Positions 56,453 to 56,618 of a stretch of DNA of 56,618 bases are shown here, in pieces. The notes under the pieces are model-generated. The model had not been told where the DNA came from. It ran no database searches and saw only the letters and a list, made by a program, of their open reading frames with translations. A program made the translations under genes and the position numbers. Position 1 is the stretch's first letter. The number at the start of each line of letters is the position of its first letter. The DNA is from Calditrichia bacterium (GTDB taxonomy: Bacteria; Calditrichota; Calditrichia; Calditrichales; J004), in assembly GCA_026991535.1 (NCBI GenBank), contig JALXBH010000166.1, forward strand, positions 1-56,618, in the 5' to 3' direction.

Positions 56453-56618
56453 ATGGATTTACTCAAACGAATTGAACAAAATGATGTTGTAGTTGGCGTG
56501 GTTGGCCTGGGTTATGTGGGGCTGCCTTTGCTGATGGAGTTTGTGGAACAGAACTTTAAGACCATCGGTTTTGATATCGATCAGAAAAAAGTGGATATGC
56601 TCAACGACGGGAAATCGT
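56453..56618 (+). CDS. Nucleotide-sugar dehydrogenase (UDP-N-acetyl-sugar dehydrogenase-like), 3' end cut by window edge
   Basis: ATG at 56453. VGVVGLGYVGLPLLMEF Rossmann motif and GFDIDQKKVDMLNDGKS. Not in the ORF track because no stop lies in the window. Confidence 0.75.
   Translation, partial: MDLLKRIEQNDVVVGVVGLGYVGLPLLMEFVEQNFKTIGFDIDQKKVDMLNDGKS

Noticed and set aside
1-56618. Search by eye for CRISPR arrays, rRNA/tRNA genes, transposases, reverse transcriptases and phage modules
   Set aside because: No spaced direct-repeat arrays were seen. No intergenic region is longer than about 300 bp, and no such protein motifs appear in any frame of the ORF track. A computational scan (tRNAscan-SE, Infernal/Rfam, minced) would be needed to be certain.

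Overview
This is a 56.6-kb, G+C-rich chromosomal segment that reads mostly as core genome. All calls come from reading the sequence and ORF track by eye; no searches were run.

**Likely source (inference).** A diderm bacterium of an FCB-type lineage. Two secreted proteins end in the NYPNPFNP Por/T9SS C-terminal sorting domain, and the window also encodes LolA, an Omp85-fused patatin and a BshB1-type deacetylase.

**Gene content.** I call about 47 tightly packed protein genes, many with 1- or 4-nt stop/start overlaps:
- DNA metabolism: dprA (5' truncated), xerD, a Pol III alpha gene of DnaE2-like size, rnhA, uvrA, ftsK.
- Lipid and central metabolism: an SDR, fabH, lipA, a fatty-acid desaturase, plsY, gcvT, cstA, bshB1.
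- Sensing and regulation: a propeller/Y_Y_Y sensor, an Rrf2 regulator, cytochrome c5, two MCPs, an ECF sigma/anti-sigma/YbjQ operon, a DtxR/MntR-family repressor.
- Envelope and secretion: a patatin-Omp85 protein, a CARDB T9SS cargo protein, an S8 peptidase, lolA.
- Other: an ArsA-like ATPase, a fructosamine kinase and an LMW-PTP.
- The start of a polysaccharide locus: a Wzc-type kinase, ugd and a second, truncated dehydrogenase.

I saw no rRNA, tRNA, CRISPR array, transposase or phage genes.

**Stand-outs.**
1. An AT-rich 2.3-kb islet between fabH and lipA carries an SPPY methyltransferase coupled to a candidate nuclease I cannot place in a family (type II R-M-like).
2. A SatD-like protein with cyclase-type Asp motifs and an HTH is ATGA-coupled to a DUF3307-type membrane protein; the pair has no known function.
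3. A perfect TGTAC-N4-GTACA palindrome lies 21 nt upstream of the polymerase gene (SOS-box-like), with a weaker copy in the uvrA upstream region.
4. Smaller oddities:
   - a sensor with a DHp domain but no ATPase domain;
   - an alpha/beta hydrolase without its nucleophile Ser;
   - a free-standing copy of the S8 pro-region;
   - a G9 tract upstream of a secreted-protein gene;
   - an RNA-like element with two competing 5' arms between convergent genes.
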